This document shows, in pieces, positions 34,469 through 37,027 of a stretch of 37,027 nt of DNA. The notes under the pieces are model-generated. The model did no database searches, was not told the origin of the DNA, and saw nothing but the letters and a program-made list of their open reading frames with translations. Source of the stretch: a virus (lineage: Duplodnaviria; Caudoviricetes); IMG/VR virus record IMGVR_UViG_3300047282_000660, positions 1-37,027 of that record. One strand, 5' to 3'. Numbering within the stretch: position 1 is the first letter of the stretch; every line of letters begins with the position of its first letter. The position numbers and the translations under genes were made by a program.

Positions 34469-36136
34469 TTAGATTCTATTCAAATCCTTAATCAAGATCT
34501 TACCATAGAATTCTGGACGAACCATCTTCTTAGCGTATCTAGTCATCACACCTCTTCTTGGAGTGAAGTTTTGTGGGTCATACACTAATGGAGTCATAAT
34601 CAATGGTACATATGGAGCGTAAACAGCACCAGTCTCTAAGAAGTTATTACCTCTGAAACCTAACAAGATTTCGTTAGAAGTCATATAAGGATTCTTATAA
34701 ACAGTGTATCTGTTGCTTAATGCACCTACTTGAGTTACACCAGCTGCGAATTGTAAAGCATCTTTATCAGCGTTTACAGAGAAGCCTGGAATAGATTCCA
34801 AGATAGTACATACATCTGGAGATGCAACGATAAAGTTAGCACCACCACGAAGTGTTAATTGGTGAATCTTGTTAGATACCTTATTGATTTTAACACCCAA
34901 AGTCTGATACCAAGTATTCTTAGTATAGTAAGTGTTAGCTCCAGAAGGTACTGAAGAACCCCATCTTGCTTGGCCTACAAGACCATTATCAAGATATTCT
35001 TCACCAATTGTTGCTGACCAGTAATCAGTAGTTAATGCATTGCTCTTTAACATATCTAAGATTTCCAAATCAATCTCTAAAGAGATATAATCAGATAACA
35101 TAGAAGTTAATTCAGCTTCCGCATCAATTGAGTGGTAAGCGTTAAGGTCTTGCGCTAATTCAGGAGTCCATACTGCTTTCAACTTACGAGTCTTAGCAAC
35201 GATAGCCTCTGATTTCAACTCAAGATCAATTTCAGGAATATCTAAAGCAGTTACCGTGTTACCAGCACTGTTTGCAGTTTGGTCTTCGAAATCACCTCTG
35301 TCATATGCAACTGGTTGCTCAGAGTAGATAACTGTTGCAGCACCTGCGTTTGCTAAAGCAGCTCTTTGTGCAAGAGATGTAGAAACGAATAATACTACGT
35401 TATTACCTGATACATAGTTGAATTGATTTAATGTTGAATGAACACCAGAAGCTACAGTGAATGAACGAACAGCTTCGAAATCAGCTACTGAACTGATTGC
35501 AGATTTTGCAATTGTTAATTTAACAATTCTACCATCTGTACTATCAGCACCGATAGATGCTACAGAAGCAGATAAAGCAGTATCAAAACCTAAATCAGCC
35601 CAAGATGCAGAAGCTTGTGCAGTTGTACTTGCAGCTACAGATGCATCGTTTACAGAGTAACCATATCTAGCTTCACCATAAAGACCGTTAGAAGCCGCGT
35701 TAGTTCTACCGAAGTTGTCAGCTGAACCAGTTACGTTAGTACCACCAAAAAGTGATTTACCACCGAACTGTGCAGGACCACCTTGTGCAGAACCATATTT
35801 GAAATCTAAGAAGAATACAAGACCAGAAGGAAGGTTCATTGGTTGAACACTAACGAATTCTTTCGCAGCGATTTCACCAAAGATTCTTCTTACTAATGGT
35901 AATGCAACACCAGACCATTCTTCAGAACCTGCTGAAGTACCAGTTTGAGTAGCCTCGTCAAGCAATTGCTTAGCTTGGTTCTCTAACAACACTGCCATAG
36001 AGTGTTGCTCTCTTTCTTTTAAACCTTCAAGAAGACCAGTTTTTTCCCATTTGTTCTTCAATTGACGTGTTTCAGCCAACATTACAGCTTGTGGGTTTTT
36101 GCCTTCCATAAGTTTACCTAAATCAAAATTTGCCAT
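34469..36136 (-). CDS. gp23: Major capsid protein, T4 gp23 family
   Basis: LLENQ, LVRR, VSVQPMNLPSGLVF, AKTRKLKAVWTPELAQDL.AYH.IDAEAEL...EID.EI and YAPYVPL....DP..FTP..GVMTRY are hallmark gp23 motifs. Confidence 0.97.
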   Translation of the reverse strand: MANFDLGKLMEGKNPQAVMLAETRQLKNKWEKTGLLEGLKEREQHSMAVLLENQAKQLLDEATQTGTSAGSEEWSGVALPLVRRIFGEIAAKEFVSVQPMNLPSGLVFFLDFKYGSAQGGPAQFGGKSLFGGTNVTGSADNFGRTNAASNGLYGEARYGYSVNDASVAASTTAQASASWADLGFDTALSASVASIGADSTDGRIVKLTIAKSAISSVADFEAVRSFTVASGVHSTLNQFNYVSGNNVVLFVSTSLAQRAALANAGAATVIYSEQPVAYDRGDFEDQTANSAGNTVTALDIPEIDLELKSEAIVAKTRKLKAVWTPELAQDLNAYHSIDAEAELTSMLSDYISLEIDLEILDMLKSNALTTDYWSATIGEEYLDNGLVGQARWGSSVPSGANTYYTKNTWYQTLGVKINKVSNKIHQLTLRGGANFIVASPDVCTILESIPGFSVNADKDALQFAAGVTQVGALSNRYTVYKNPYMTSNEILLGFRGNNFLETGAVYAPYVPLIMTPLVYDPQNFTPRRGVMTRYAKKMVRPEFYGKILIKDLNRI

Positions 36137-36164
36137 TTTTACTTATGTTTTTGTTTGTTTGTTA

Positions 36165-37027
36165 TTATTTAACGATACCAGCTAATTGCTTAAAGCGGTT
36201 AGCTAATTCGTTAGAGCTTTCAGCGATGATTTCTTTCTTAGGAGCTGTTGTAGCTTGTGGCTTAGAAGCAAAACCTTCGGTCATTGTCTTCTTAGCTGCT
36301 ACTTTTCTTTCAGTACCAGTGAACTTCATGCTTTCTGCTAAAGTTGCGTAAACCAATTTAACTTCTCTTACAGAAGTTGTTCTGTCCAAATTCTCAACAA
36401 CTTTAACTTTCTGTTCGTTAGTTAAGTTATAAGAACGGAACAATTTGTTTGCGAAAAGTAATTTTGCGTTTAACAAATTTACTTCGTTGATTGTTGATTT
36501 CAAAGATTTGATAGCTGCATAAGCTTCTTTAAGCTCTTCTGCCATTTTCTCTTTTTCTTCGTCATGAGCTGGTTCTTCAGCTTCTTCAACTTTTTCTTCG
36601 TCATCACCATATCCCATTTCACGTAAGATTTCATCTAAGTCGATTTCTTCTTCGTCATGAGCTGGTTCTTCAGTTGGAACTTCTTCAGCTTCAACTGCAG
36701 GTTCAGCTTGTGGTTCAGCAGCTACTGGTTCTTCAACCGGTGCTTCTTCACCTTCTGCTTTTGGCTCATCTTCATGTGCCATTTCTTCTTCGCCTTCTTC
36801 TTCAGCGATTTGAGCTTCTAACTCTCTGATGATAGATTCTAAATCTAATTCATCTTCGTCATCAGCTTCTTCCATGTCATCCATTTCAGGAGCCATGTCT
36901 TCACCTTCATGTACTTCAGCTGCATCTTCTGCTTTATCTTCAGCAGAATCTTCATCTTCAGCTTCATTAAGGTCTTTAACTTTTTCGTAGTCTTCTACTT
37001 CAGAACCTGGTTCACCAGATTGCTTAG
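36165..37027 (-). CDS. Prohead core/scaffolding protein (gp22-like by position); 5' end lies outside the window
   Basis: The frame stays open from 36896 to the window edge (...KQSGEPGSEVEDYEKVKDLNEAEDEDSAEDKAEDAAEVHEGEDMAPE), so the ORF-track start is internal. Very acidic, coiled-coil C-terminus ending RFKQLAGI, directly upstream of the capsid gene. Confidence 0.8.
   Translation of the reverse strand, partial: KQSGEPGSEVEDYEKVKDLNEAEDEDSAEDKAEDAAEVHEGEDMAPEMDDMEEADDEDELDLESIIRELEAQIAEEEGEEEMAHEDEPKAEGEEAPVEEPVAAEPQAEPAVEAEEVPTEEPAHDEEEIDLDEILREMGYGDDEEKVEEAEEPAHDEEKEKMAEELKEAYAAIKSLKSTINEVNLLNAKLLFANKLFRSYNLTNEQKVKVVENLDRTTSVREVKLVYATLAESMKFTGTERKVAAKKTMTEGFASKPQATTAPKKEIIAESSNELANRFKQLAGIVK

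Noticed and set aside
5184-36351. Remaining short (60-93 aa) plus-strand and nested ORFs in the track
   Set aside because: All overlap long, well-supported minus-strand genes and show no recognisable motifs.
36165-36896. ORF-track start of the scaffold gene at 36896
   Set aside because: The frame is open to the window edge with the same acidic composition, so the true start is upstream.
1-37027. Stop-codon reassignment (alternative genetic code)
   Set aside because: Genes tile the window densely under the standard bacterial code with no interrupted ORFs. Exclusive TAA use is compatible with AT richness and does not show recoding.

Overview
This AT-rich window is one co-directional (all minus-strand) virion morphogenesis block of a large T4-like tailed phage. 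The A-rich leaders without Shine-Dalgarno motifs suggest a Bacteroidota host (inference). In transcription order it holds: a scaffold/prohead-core gene (5' truncated), major capsid protein (gp23-like), a 222-aa protein that copies the capsid insertion domain, a 125-aa adaptor, an 899-aa fibre, a 189-aa orphan, gp13-, gp14- and gp15-like neck/tail-terminator genes, two small paralogous proteins, a 4178-aa giant, a 308-aa protein, a 3661-aa giant fibre, a PKD/LRR-like adhesin and a fibre chaperone (3' truncated). The main discovery candidate is the 4178-aa protein. It carries 22 modules resembling the bilin-binding core of phycobiliproteins (C-x-R-D in all 22) and exactly 22 separate short helical modules. 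These are ordered H5-C3-H5-C4-H6-C6-H5-C3-H1-C6, a balanced nested pattern that predicts a single-chain branched 'antenna'. Other signals are two intact blue-copper-type sites and about 1080 aa of Gly-X-Ser triplets in the 3661-aa fibre, a pervasive [ST]-[GAS]-S motif in fibre/appendage-type proteins, and a repeated ATATTTATA upstream motif (reverse complement of the T4 late promoter). All homology calls and counts were made by eye; no searches were run.
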